Source: Candidatus Poribacteria bacterium | GTDB taxonomy: Bacteria > Poribacteria > WGA-4E > WGA-3G | Length of the DNA stretch: 64,000 nt | Direction of reading: 5' to 3' | Assembly: GCA_965198235.1 (NCBI GenBank) | Contig: OZ240248.1 | Location: 4,224,001-4,288,000, forward strand | Shown here: positions 1 through 9,350 of the stretch, piece after piece | How positions within the stretch are numbered: position 1 is the first letter of the stretch | Layout of the letters: each line of letters opens with the position of its first letter | Position numbers and translations under genes: made by a program | The notes under the pieces: model-generated | The model's database searches: none | What the model was told of the DNA's origin: nothing | What the model saw: only the letters and a program-made list of their open reading frames with translations

Positions 1-537
1 GTCCCTAACGATCCCGTGAACGAAGGTCCAGCTGTCAGCGACAGTATAACATCCAAAAATCTCCTGATCAGTCTCGGCATCGTTTTTCCAATTGAGCCAC
101 GCGGCGGCGAGCATTTCGCCATAGAGCTGGAATTGCGGGTTGGGTGCATTAACACCCCGCTTCGTTTCATGGACGACGAGGTAAGGTTGATGCATTCGTC
201 CTGCAACATAGGGAGCAAGGGTTCCATCGGCTTCACCTTCGAGTTCAAAAGTCGGGTAACTCGCTCTGAGTGGGACTCCCGCCCATGCCTGAACATGTCC
301 TTGTTCAGCAATTACCAGCAACGGATAAATAGCACGCGCCCAAAGGGTGGCTTCGTTCATGAGTATAAGTTGACGCTTCTGCAGCAGAGATTTTAGATAG
401 TTAAGTGACCTGATTTCTTCGGGGTCTAGAACTAATGTCATTTCATCCCATTGGTCAGACACATCAGGGCGTTCATGCAGTATCACAAGTGCGTTGAGCG
501 TTTCTTCAGTGAGTTGTGATAATGGATACGTTTGCAT
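1..537 (-). CDS. Hypothetical PD-(D/E)xK nuclease-fold-like protein, 3' end beyond the window edge (absent from the ORF track)
   Basis: Manual translation from ATG 537 (GGAGG RBS upstream): MQTYPLSQLTEETLNALV...GEADGTL...LVVHETKRG...QLYGEMLAAAW...GCYTVADSWTF, open to position 1. The D...ExK plus Q-x-x-x-E-M-x-A-A pattern is restriction-endonuclease-like. Confidence 0.6.
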   Translation of the reverse strand, partial: MQTYPLSQLTEETLNALVILHERPDVSDQWDEMTLVLDPEEIRSLNYLKSLLQKRQLILMNEATLWARAIYPLLVIAEQGHVQAWAGVPLRASYPTFELEGEADGTLAPYVAGRMHQPYLVVHETKRGVNAPNPQFQLYGEMLAAAWLNWKNDAETDQEIFGCYTVADSWTFVHGIVRD

Positions 538-660
538 CGCTGAAAACCTCCTTCCAAGGTGTTCTACAAAACTTTTACTTCTGCTCAGGTAGTTTCAAAG
601 CCCGCTCCAAAGGGATTTCAAATCTGATAATATCTAATTTTGGGATATATTGCAACCGTT

Positions 661-2475
661 TTAAAAGATCCCATTTATAAATAAAACAGCGCGTGTCAGG
701 TCTCCTTCCTGAAAACCAGTAGCGTAGAGAACATTCGTTTCGTCAATATAGGTATACCGATTCTCGCCGAAAAAATGTGTGATTTCAAAATTCAAGCGGA
801 ACGTTCGACTTAAGTCGTAATGTAGACCTGCCCCCCAGTCAGAAAGGTTGGCATTGAAGTCGAAGAACCGGTAATTGAAACTGTCAAGGGCATCGTTGAT
901 GAAATCGATGCGGATGACGCTAAAATATGCAAAAGCACGCGCTTCCCGATAATTATAGAGGCCGTGATCGCGAATCCACGTAAAGTCAAGCTGAATGCGA
1001 TCGTCCCAAGAGTTTTCAGTTGCCCGATCATCTTGATTGAACCGTCCGCGGAAGTCCACAAAATCCCTTGCCCGGTAATAACTCGTATCGGTCACTCGAA
1101 CGTAAGTGAGTCGATTCGACAACGCGATGCGGTACGCCTCACTGAGATCATAAGAGAAAATCAAATTTGCATGTGCGGCATCCCGAATAATCTGTTCATC
1201 AAAATCGGATTTGGTATAGAGATCTGCGTCCAAATCATCTTGATTGTCAATTTCAACGTCGTGTAGGTCGCGTGTATAACGGAGTTTGAGTTCTGTCTGG
1301 AACATTGAAGAGATCAATGACGTGGTCGAGGCATATTTCCTAAATCGTAATTCTGCTGGATCCAGATAGTAAAGGTTCCCACGCCCATCAATTCCTTTGA
1401 GTTGGAGTGCAACATCTGTTTCAACTTCTCGCCGAAACGGGATAAGAAGTTTCTGCCTATAGGCACCATCTGTGGTAAACCGTTGGATACGCCGTAGCCG
1501 ATAGCGAAACAACTTTGTATCGCCATCATAGCGTCGCGTCGGATCGTCACGTCGTTTCGGAAGCGTGGAGGCGAAGTCCTTTAGGTACTTCGCTGTATCA
1601 GCGATAAGAAGTGTTCCATCTGTCAATGCCGCTATCCGAAAAGGTGCGATAAATTCCCTAGCTGCATCGCCATACTTGCCAAAGGCACGCTCGAACTTTC
1701 CATCGGCATTATATTTTAGTACCCGATGCCCCTTTTCATCAACAATATAAAGATTCCCAACTTTATCCACCGCCATATCCGCGGGATGTGCGATGTGCCC
1801 TGCCCCTGGTTGGTCAAGGAAATAGTGGTCAACTGTCTTGCCGCTCGCATCAAGTTTGACAATAAGCTTATTCGGCACATCGCTGTCGCAAACATAGAGA
1901 TTATTATGTACATCGATTGTTAGTAAAAATTCCCGTTTCGTGTCTCCCTGTGGGATAATCAGCGCATAATTACCATCTGCATCCAAGCCGGGAGCGGCGG
2001 ATTCAAGACGCTTTATCCGTTGGCTCAAATCCTGAATCGGGTAATTTGCGACGAATACACCCTGAGCGTCAAATTTATGGATACACGGACCGTAGTTGAA
2101 GACCTTGGGACCTTGCCCTTTTTGTAGGTTTGCGTCTGAAACCTCCACAAACATCCAGTCCATTACATAGATACTACTATCCGTGCCAATAGCGATAGCC
2201 GTAGGGTTAATGAACCGAAATTCGCTCTCTGCCTCCATCTGGATGTCAAATACAAAACCTCCCATCTCATTGAACTTCTGGATTCGGAAGTTATCTGTAT
2301 CCGTTACATAAATACCACCATCAGGTCCAAACGCCATGAACAAGGTTTTTGCGAATTGTGCTTCACCCGCCCCTTTCCCACCAAACGCATTAACAAATTT
2401 GAATTCCTGTGCAGCGTTTATGTGTATTGGAAGCAGGAGTAGCAGACAAAGCGTTACGTTTTTCAAGTTAAACAT
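661..2475 (-). CDS. Secreted NHL-repeat (beta-propeller) protein with a putative C-terminal beta-barrel
   Basis: Signal peptide; NHL repeats (IYVTDTDNFRIQKF, LYIVDEKGHRVLKY, FGKYGDAAREFIAP); C-terminal ~210 aa with alternating aromatic strands ending in F. Confidence 0.7.
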   Translation of the reverse strand: MFNLKNVTLCLLLLLPIHINAAQEFKFVNAFGGKGAGEAQFAKTLFMAFGPDGGIYVTDTDNFRIQKFNEMGGFVFDIQMEAESEFRFINPTAIAIGTDSSIYVMDWMFVEVSDANLQKGQGPKVFNYGPCIHKFDAQGVFVANYPIQDLSQRIKRLESAAPGLDADGNYALIIPQGDTKREFLLTIDVHNNLYVCDSDVPNKLIVKLDASGKTVDHYFLDQPGAGHIAHPADMAVDKVGNLYIVDEKGHRVLKYNADGKFERAFGKYGDAAREFIAPFRIAALTDGTLLIADTAKYLKDFASTLPKRRDDPTRRYDGDTKLFRYRLRRIQRFTTDGAYRQKLLIPFRREVETDVALQLKGIDGRGNLYYLDPAELRFRKYASTTSLISSMFQTELKLRYTRDLHDVEIDNQDDLDADLYTKSDFDEQIIRDAAHANLIFSYDLSEAYRIALSNRLTYVRVTDTSYYRARDFVDFRGRFNQDDRATENSWDDRIQLDFTWIRDHGLYNYREARAFAYFSVIRIDFINDALDSFNYRFFDFNANLSDWGAGLHYDLSRTFRLNFEITHFFGENRYTYIDETNVLYATGFQEGDLTRAVLFINGIF

Positions 2476-2545
2476 TTGCTACTTTATAGAATCACTAAAC
2501 CTTTCCTATCCTCTTGACATAGTGTTTGTTCCGCGGTCAGGTATG

Positions 2546-2965
2546 CTAAGATTCAGGAACATGCGGATGTTTTTTTTGGATATTATCCAAGATACCATTG
2601 ATAAATTTAGGGGAGTCCGGCGTACTGTAGGATTTAGCAATCTCAATAGCCTCGTTGATCGAGGTCGCTAGGTCAATATCGTCAATATAGAGAATTTCAT
2701 AAGTTGCACATCGCAGAATAGAGAGATCGACAACAGGCATTCGGTGGAGTTTCCAATTTTTGGATGTGTTTTGAAGTAATGTATCAATCGCCTCCAGATG
2801 TGCGGTAGTGCCCTCAACAAGTTCCAACGCGAAGGGTCGAAGTTTTACCGATGTGTCTTGGCTTTGCCAAAACCGTTCTATAACGATTGATGCTGGCGCG
2901 GCGGTAAGTTGAATCTGATACAGTATTTGCATCGCAACGATGCGAGATTGTCTACGAAGAGACAT
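2546..2965 (-). CDS. nusB: Transcription antitermination factor NusB
   Basis: RRQSRIVAMQILYQ, NWKLHRMPVVDLSILR, INEAIEIAKSYS...FINGILD. Confidence 0.95.
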   Translation of the reverse strand: MSLRRQSRIVAMQILYQIQLTAAPASIVIERFWQSQDTSVKLRPFALELVEGTTAHLEAIDTLLQNTSKNWKLHRMPVVDLSILRCATYEILYIDDIDLATSINEAIEIAKSYSTPDSPKFINGILDNIQKKHPHVPES

Positions 2966-3034
2966 AATGTGTCCTGACTTTTCGATCTTAGAATGTTAAC
3001 GCGCGCAGACCCTTTTTCGTATACACTACTTTGT

Positions 3035-3063
3035 ATTATACACAGTTTCTGACAGCATGTCAA
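3035..3063 (-). promoter_or_regulatory. Sigma70-type promoter for nusB
   Basis: Perfect TTGACA-N17-TATAAT on the minus strand. Confidence 0.75.
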
Positions 3064-3294
3064 ACAAAACTCCAGAGGCGTTCAGTTCTCTTGCTGTGCA
3101 ATCTCCGAATCCGTAATCTCAGAGATCATCGGTTGTCAAAACATCTCGTAACCGATAACTCAAAACCCTAAACTAACGTGAACGTGAGATTGATAATAAA
3201 AGTATGGTAGAAACTAAGCGAGAGAACCACTAAGTCTCACCCAAGTCCTGAACTCCGAAACACTCTGCTTTAACTGTCGCACACATGTCAGTAT

Positions 3295-5841
3295 CTAACC
3301 GAGAAGGGCGTTAAAAAACAACTTAAACGTCCCACGGGTTTGTGCGCGGAACTGCGGTCGAAATCCGAAAAGGATGACACGCCCCGCACCATACTGCGCT
3401 GAGACCATAGCCGCCTGTTCCGAGAGTTGGTCTTCGCCGACAAGCCAGCCGCTTTTCAAGATAGCCTTTTCTGGATATTGAACAACGAGCTCGTATCTTT
3501 CGCTGAAGCGTGAGTGTTGAATCTCGAATGCCGGGCTACCCCAAAACAGTATGAGAGTTTCATCAGGCATACCGTACCCGAGCGGGTGATTTGCGTCAAC
3601 AACCGCTTTCAATGTCGAGCCAGGACAGAAGAACGACTTCGACGACTTTCCTTTAAGGGTATTGCTGACCTGCAAATCCAATTTCTCAATCGCAAACTCA
3701 CATGCTTCGTTAAGGGCAAGTAGCGTTCCACCGTCCTCAACGAACTGCTTAATCGCTTTGACCCCTTCCTTACCAATGCCGCTCCGGTATGCTGGCGGAA
3801 CGTCGAACTCCTTCGATTCATCTTCGTCGGCTTCATCCGTTTCCGCTTTGCCGACGATCCTGTTGATCGTGTCGTCAGGGAGTATGAAAACGTCAAGTCG
3901 CTGACTCAGGTCGCCACTCGTGATGTCATCGTCTTTCAACGTCTGATAGGGGAATCCGAACTGCTCAAGGACCAATCGCGTCCAACCTTCATCCATATTG
4001 CCCCCGTGGTATCGCTGGTACATACCGACGCGCAATTGTTGGACATCATGCCGGGGGACCGAAAGCTCCTGTTCTAAGGCATAGAACGTGGTCCCGAAAT
4101 CGAGCGTGAATCCGTCAAGTGCCTCTTTCGATTCAGCGGGGACCACAAACGCCCCCGGTGGAAATTGCGTATCGCCGACTTCGATTGCCTCATCAACCCG
4201 TATAACTTGGATGTCTCGCGCCAGCAATTGGTTGACGAGCCTGAAACTTTCATTGAGTCGCCCGTCGAAGATATAACCAAATTCTGATTCACCAACCAAC
4301 CGCCCCGTGGGCTGCTCGGGTGCTGTAAGCAGAGCGAAAGTAGCGTTATCGCACGCTAAAGCATCGACAGGTTCGACATTCACGCCCATAAACTCCGCGA
4401 TTGTGTCTGTCGCCGTGTCATACGGGGGATTTGGCGTACCTTCGGGCGTGCGTGTCCAAGCGTCATCAGGGAAAAAGGTCTGTCCGAGCAAGGTTTTGAT
4501 GATCGCCATTTTCGGCTGATTGAGGAAAATGGCGTATGTACCTGCCGGATAGGTTAAATCATTGGCGGTGAAGGTTTGTGTTGCTTTTTGGATGTCAATG
4601 CCCTGGGCGAGCAGTTTATTAATCAGATCCACGACGGTTAAGGTATCATGCTGTATCGGACGGATGAGATATGCGTTTGGCGTACATGTCGCGCCACGCG
4701 CTGTCTGCCGCTTCGCTTTCAGATATGCGTTCGACAGGATGGTATCTTTGTGCCGCGCGGCTAAATCAAGCAAGCCCCACGCTGCAATCTTCTGTTGTTC
4801 AACGATGTCGCGTAATCGCCACCAACCGCCCAGCCACGGATGAGGAAAATTGGTCTGGGGTTTATAATGCGGAAACGCTCTGAGTCGCCCACCTTGGGAT
4901 TTTAATTGCCCCTTGTGGATATATAGGGGTGTCGCCAACTTTGTGTGTGCGGATTCTGTCAAGATGCTGGCGATGTTGTGATAATTCCCAATCCAGTGGA
5001 ATCCGAGGTGACTCCACGCTGGAAATTGTGCGGCATTCAGGACACCTGTCTTACCCGCCTCTTCCAGTCTATATGCCATGTGCGCCCCGTACCAGCTTAT
5101 TTCCCGCCAGACGAGTGGGTCGGCGTGCGGGTGAATCGGCTCACAATAAGGAGCGACGTACAGGCGTGCCCCGTAACTCCCCATCTCGTGGTGGTCTTGG
5201 AACACTTGTGGGTGCCACTCCTGAAACAGAATCCGTGCGACGTATTGCGATTCGACCAAATTCAACATAAAGGCGTCACGGTTGTTGTCGTGCCCGGCAT
5301 ATTTATGATAAAGCCACGGAAGATTACAGCCCTCGTATTCGGTATCGAGATATTTGTTGTACCAATCTGTCGTCATGACCAGACCGTCCGGGTTCAGGCA
5401 GGGAAACATCAGGAAAATCACGTTATCGAGAATGTGTTGGGTTTCCGCATCCGTTCTGGTTATCAAATCGTAGGTGAGTTCCGATGCCATCTGCGTGCTC
5501 CCGATCTCGGTGGCGTGAATGCCCATTGACTGACAGAGTACTACCTTTCCCTCGCTGATCAAAGACTTCGCCGCGTCCTCCGAGAGTCCCCGGGCATCGC
5601 TTATTTGGGCGTTGACCGCTTGCAGACGCGCTAAATTCGTCAGATTTTGCGGCGATGAGATGAAGGCTAACAGAAACGGGTTCCCCTCTGTAGAAGGCCC
5701 CATATCAATGACTCGCAGGCAGTCGCTCTCCTGCTCTAACAGCCGCAAGTACGCAACGATCCTGTCCCAAGTGGCGATCTTACGGTCACAGCCAAGTTGG
5801 AATCCAAAGAATGCTTCGGGGGAAGTCACTTGATTGTTCAT
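3295..5841 (-). CDS. M14 family zinc carboxypeptidase with C-terminal class I glutamine amidotransferase-like domain
   Basis: GIHATE, HDNNRD and DHHEMG zinc motifs; DEGWTR and FGFRPQFRAQ C-terminal motifs; start moved to MNNQ (ATG 5841, GAGGAG RBS). Confidence 0.85.
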   Translation of the reverse strand: MNNQVTSPEAFFGFQLGCDRKIATWDRIVAYLRLLEQESDCLRVIDMGPSTEGNPFLLAFISSPQNLTNLARLQAVNAQISDARGLSEDAAKSLISEGKVVLCQSMGIHATEIGSTQMASELTYDLITRTDAETQHILDNVIFLMFPCLNPDGLVMTTDWYNKYLDTEYEGCNLPWLYHKYAGHDNNRDAFMLNLVESQYVARILFQEWHPQVFQDHHEMGSYGARLYVAPYCEPIHPHADPLVWREISWYGAHMAYRLEEAGKTGVLNAAQFPAWSHLGFHWIGNYHNIASILTESAHTKLATPLYIHKGQLKSQGGRLRAFPHYKPQTNFPHPWLGGWWRLRDIVEQQKIAAWGLLDLAARHKDTILSNAYLKAKRQTARGATCTPNAYLIRPIQHDTLTVVDLINKLLAQGIDIQKATQTFTANDLTYPAGTYAIFLNQPKMAIIKTLLGQTFFPDDAWTRTPEGTPNPPYDTATDTIAEFMGVNVEPVDALACDNATFALLTAPEQPTGRLVGESEFGYIFDGRLNESFRLVNQLLARDIQVIRVDEAIEVGDTQFPPGAFVVPAESKEALDGFTLDFGTTFYALEQELSVPRHDVQQLRVGMYQRYHGGNMDEGWTRLVLEQFGFPYQTLKDDDITSGDLSQRLDVFILPDDTINRIVGKAETDEADEDESKEFDVPPAYRSGIGKEGVKAIKQFVEDGGTLLALNEACEFAIEKLDLQVSNTLKGKSSKSFFCPGSTLKAVVDANHPLGYGMPDETLILFWGSPAFEIQHSRFSERYELVVQYPEKAILKSGWLVGEDQLSEQAAMVSAQYGAGRVILFGFRPQFRAQTRGTFKLFFNALLG

Positions 5842-5935
5842 TATGTCTCCTCTTTCGATGATTGGTACTTGAGAATGCCAGCATCCAGATTGTATCATGA
5901 TTCCTTGAAAAATTGAACAGAAATTCCTAAGAGGA

Positions 5936-6077
5936 CAGAGGCATTCAGTTTTAAGGTTTTTATCCGATTTACGCGAAGAGTCGCGAGCTGGGGGAAACGC
6001 CCAAGCAAAAACACTCACTCCTACAGGGGATCCGCTCAAACCGAAAATCTAAAATTTCGGAAAATCGAATGGCTCTG
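5936..6077. mobile_element. MITE family C, copy 1
   Basis: TIR CAGAGGCATTC...GAATGGCTCTG; 9-bp direct repeat CTAAGAGGA at 5927-5935 and 6078-6086. Confidence 0.8.
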
Positions 6078-6289
6078 CTAAGAGGACTTACGCCGTTCAG
6101 CGATCACACCTCGGTTCTATCTTTCTCTGATATTCGGTATTGGGTTCAATATCCAAGATGCAGGCGTTCAGAGATTCACGATTCAGGATTCACGTTAAAC
6201 CCATAATCACACCCACCAGCAAAAATGTCCCCTTAAATTTCGGATTTTACTATAATATGTCAACAAGGCATCCACAATGCTTGAAATAC

Positions 6290-6318
6290 TTGACAATTCT
6301 GTGAAAAACTTTTAGAAT
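6290..6318 (+). promoter_or_regulatory. Sigma70-type promoter for the ggt cluster
   Basis: TTGACA-N17-TAGAAT. Confidence 0.65.
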
Positions 6319-6353
6319 TCAGCGTATTAGTCTTCAGCAAAAGGAAAAAACTT

Positions 6354-7955
6354 GTGAATTTACACAAAAGGGAATATGGAACCGTCGCTGGACCACACCC
6401 CCGCACTGCCCAAGCGGGGTTTAAAATGCTCCTTGCAGGTGGAAACGCCGTTGATGCCGCTGTTGCCGCTGCCTTTGCGGAAGGGGTTGTGGAACCCTCA
6501 CATAACGGTATCGCGGGATACGGTGGCTGTGTGCTTATCTATCGCAAGAAAACGCAAGATGTCATTACCATAGACTACAACACCGCCGCACCGTCTGCTG
6601 CTTCTGAGGATATGTTTACGATTGAAGAGGCTCCCGACGCACCTGCCGGCTACCGGGTGCCGGGACGCGTAAACGTTCACGGACCGTTGTCTATAGGTGT
6701 ACCAGGGGTCGTCGCCGGCTTATGCTTGGCTTTAGAGGAGTTCGGAAGTCTGCCACTCACAGAAATCCTCCGGCCAGCCATCAATTCTGCCCGCTACGGC
6801 TATGCGCCGAACAGCGCGAACCGCGGTGGGATAGCAGGAAATGCCGAACGATGGAAACAGGACTTCCCTGAAACGGCACGTATCTTCCTCAAAAATGGTA
6901 GACCGCCGAAGAAAGGGGAAACACTCACCAATCCTGAACTCGCCCGAACCTTGGAGGCGGTCGCTGAAGGCGGACACCCCGCATTCTACGAAGGCACAAT
7001 TGCTGAAACAATCGCAAACCACATTCAGGAATTAGGTGGATGCCTAACCGTGAATGACCTCAAGAACTACCGCCCCTTCATCACAGAACCTTACAAAATT
7101 CAGTATCGAGGCTACTCGGTCTATACCGCACCGCTCGGAGCAGGTGGACTGACCACTTTACAGATGCTCCGATTGGTGGAGAGATTTGACGTGGCAACAA
7201 TGTCCGTCCCTGAAAGGTTCCACCTTTTCGCTGAAGCCATGAAAGTCTGCTGGCCCGAAAGACTCCGTCGATTTGGGGATCCAACTTTCATAGATATAGA
7301 TATCGAAACGGAACTCTCCGATAGTTTCACAGCGACCCTCAGCGAAAAACTGAATGCAGGACTTGAATCGCCGCAACCGGGGGAGGTCGTCTACTACGAA
7401 CCGATGAACTGCACAAGTCACATATCTACTGCGGACGCACAAGGAAATATGGTATCTCTAACACAAACGCACGGCGGTGGATTCGGTTCAATGGTGACAG
7501 TCCCGGGAACCGGTCTACTCTTCGGACACGGTGTCGGACGTTTCGATCCTCGACCGGGGATTGCGAACTCAGTCGGACCCGGCAAACGTCCACTTCACAA
7601 CATGGCTCCGTTTCTCGCCACGCGGGACGGTAAACCTTTCGCTACTTACGGTATCCCCGGCGGCAGAACTATCCCGAACAATCAGTTTAACATTAGCGTG
7701 AGTCTCTTCGATTTGCAGGTGCCGATGCAAAGCGCCCTGGACGCACCACGGCTTCATACAGACGGTGCTGAACCGATCCAAGTCGAACCTCGCGCAGGTG
7801 AAGAGACGCTCACAGCGTTACGAGAACTCGGACACGAAGTCACACCAAGTGCGGGCATCGGAGGTCCAGGACACGGTGTTCGCGTCTCGGACGATGGAAC
7901 TCATCATGACGGTGGCACGGATCCACGCGGTGAAGGCAAAGTGATGGCGAAATAA
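6354..7955 (+). CDS. ggt: Gamma-glutamyltransferase family protein
   Basis: GGNAVDAAVA, VEPSHNGIAGYG, TSHISTADAQGNMVSLTQT (catalytic Thr), PGKRP, GGTDPRGEG. Confidence 0.9.
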   Translation: MNLHKREYGTVAGPHPRTAQAGFKMLLAGGNAVDAAVAAAFAEGVVEPSHNGIAGYGGCVLIYRKKTQDVITIDYNTAAPSAASEDMFTIEEAPDAPAGYRVPGRVNVHGPLSIGVPGVVAGLCLALEEFGSLPLTEILRPAINSARYGYAPNSANRGGIAGNAERWKQDFPETARIFLKNGRPPKKGETLTNPELARTLEAVAEGGHPAFYEGTIAETIANHIQELGGCLTVNDLKNYRPFITEPYKIQYRGYSVYTAPLGAGGLTTLQMLRLVERFDVATMSVPERFHLFAEAMKVCWPERLRRFGDPTFIDIDIETELSDSFTATLSEKLNAGLESPQPGEVVYYEPMNCTSHISTADAQGNMVSLTQTHGGGFGSMVTVPGTGLLFGHGVGRFDPRPGIANSVGPGKRPLHNMAPFLATRDGKPFATYGIPGGRTIPNNQFNISVSLFDLQVPMQSALDAPRLHTDGAEPIQVEPRAGEETLTALRELGHEVTPSAGIGGPGHGVRVSDDGTHHDGGTDPRGEGKVMAK

Positions 7956-7969
7956 CAGGAGATCTGGCA

Positions 7970-8758
7970 ATGGCTTTCTGTAACGATGCACTCGCTGGAC
8001 TACATATCGTTATTTCCGGCGGGTGCGGAGCGATCGGACTTGGAATCGTCAAAAAATTAATGGCACACGGCGCAAACGTAACGGTGAACGACATCCTGTC
8101 GGATCAACAGGCAGCAGACCGACTCAGTCAGAACGGCATTGACATATCAAAAATAAACTATGTTAAGGCAGACCTGACCGACACCGACGAAACCGATATG
8201 CTGGTAAATACTGCTCGTAAACGGTTCGGACCTATCCACGTCGCTCTGTGTCATATCGGTATGGTGATTCCGAAACCGTTGTTGGAATACAACGCAGAAG
8301 AATGGGATGAGACCATGGCGGTCAATGTGCGGACAGCGTTCTTATTGGGCAGTGCCGCATCCCGTTCAATGCTTGAAGACGGCATTAAAGGACAACTCAT
8401 TTTTACGACATCTTGGGTCGCTGATGTGCCGTGGCCCGAGATTGGACCGTATAACGCAAGCAAGGCTGCAATGAAGCAGTTGATGCGTTCCTTTGCACGG
8501 GAACTCGCGGATAAAGGAATTCGCGCAAACGCAGTCGCACCCGGGATCGTCAGCGTTGGGCTTGCAAAACAACAGTGGGATACGGATCCAACCTACCGTG
8601 CTCGGGCACAGAAAGCAATCCCTCTTAGCGTTATGCAACCGCTTGATTCGGTGGCAGACGCCTTTCTATTTTTGTGCAGTACCGCTGCAGATTATATGAC
8701 TGGAACAGTGCTACTCGTAGACGGTGGATGTAGTCTGTATCCAATGGATGATGCCTAA
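7970..8758 (+). CDS. Short-chain dehydrogenase/reductase
   Basis: SGGCGAIG, YNASK, IRANAVAPG, VDGG. Confidence 0.9.
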   Translation: MAFCNDALAGLHIVISGGCGAIGLGIVKKLMAHGANVTVNDILSDQQAADRLSQNGIDISKINYVKADLTDTDETDMLVNTARKRFGPIHVALCHIGMVIPKPLLEYNAEEWDETMAVNVRTAFLLGSAASRSMLEDGIKGQLIFTTSWVADVPWPEIGPYNASKAAMKQLMRSFARELADKGIRANAVAPGIVSVGLAKQQWDTDPTYRARAQKAIPLSVMQPLDSVADAFLFLCSTAADYMTGTVLLVDGGCSLYPMDDA

Positions 8759-8959
8759 TTCGCCAAGGATAGACAAAACAAATTTTCGCGTGGTTTAGTA
8801 AGCAGGTTTCGGTGTCAGACGGTTCTAATCTATTTTGAAACCAAAGCCGGGGACCGAAACCTTTCAGAAGTAACGACATCAATCGGAAAATTCCAGCAGC
8901 GTTTTCCGATGCAATTTCAATCTCGTGTTTCGTAAAAGGCACGAAAAGACGGAGAAATT

Positions 8960-9286
8960 ATGTCACAATTTGTAAAAGCCGCGACAATCGACCAGATTCA
9001 ACCCGGTAAATGTATTGGTGTGAAAGTCGAAGGCGTTTTCATCGGCATCTACAACGTGAAGGGCGAGTATTACGCCATGAACAATATCTGCCCACACCTC
9101 GGTGGCGTTTTGAGTTACGGCTTTTTAGATAACAACTGTGTTACCTGCCCACTCCACATGTGGGAATTTAATGTAACAACAGGTGAGTGTGTGTGGCCAG
9201 GTGAGGAGAAATTACCCACCTATCCTGTCAAAGTGGAGGGCGAAGATATCTTTGTGAATGTGGAAACACCGCTCCACGCGAGTTAG
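8960..9286 (+). CDS. Rieske [2Fe-2S] ferredoxin
   Basis: CPHLGG...CPLHMWEF. Confidence 0.92.
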   Translation: MSQFVKAATIDQIQPGKCIGVKVEGVFIGIYNVKGEYYAMNNICPHLGGVLSYGFLDNNCVTCPLHMWEFNVTTGECVWPGEEKLPTYPVKVEGEDIFVNVETPLHAS

Positions 9287-9350
9287 CACCAGTTTTGGTA
9301 AAACGGCGCGGTCATCCGATCGCGCCCGTTGAAGAAGGAGAAAAAACATT

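Noticed and set aside
5842-6039. N-terminal extension of the 914-aa ORF (similar extensions on purD, lptG and the methyltransferase)
   Set aside because: The extensions run through repeats, intergenic DNA or the upstream gene. Downstream starts fit the family N-termini better.
3174-6195. Carboxypeptidase gene mobilised between TAACGTGAA and TTCACGTTA inverted repeats
   Set aside because: Only a 9-bp match over 3 kb and no target duplication found, which is compatible with chance in repeat-rich spacers.
8838-8865. c-di-GMP-I riboswitch (CAAAGCC...)
   Set aside because: Lacks the upstream GGCAAAC...GAAA stem and the downstream pairing elements.
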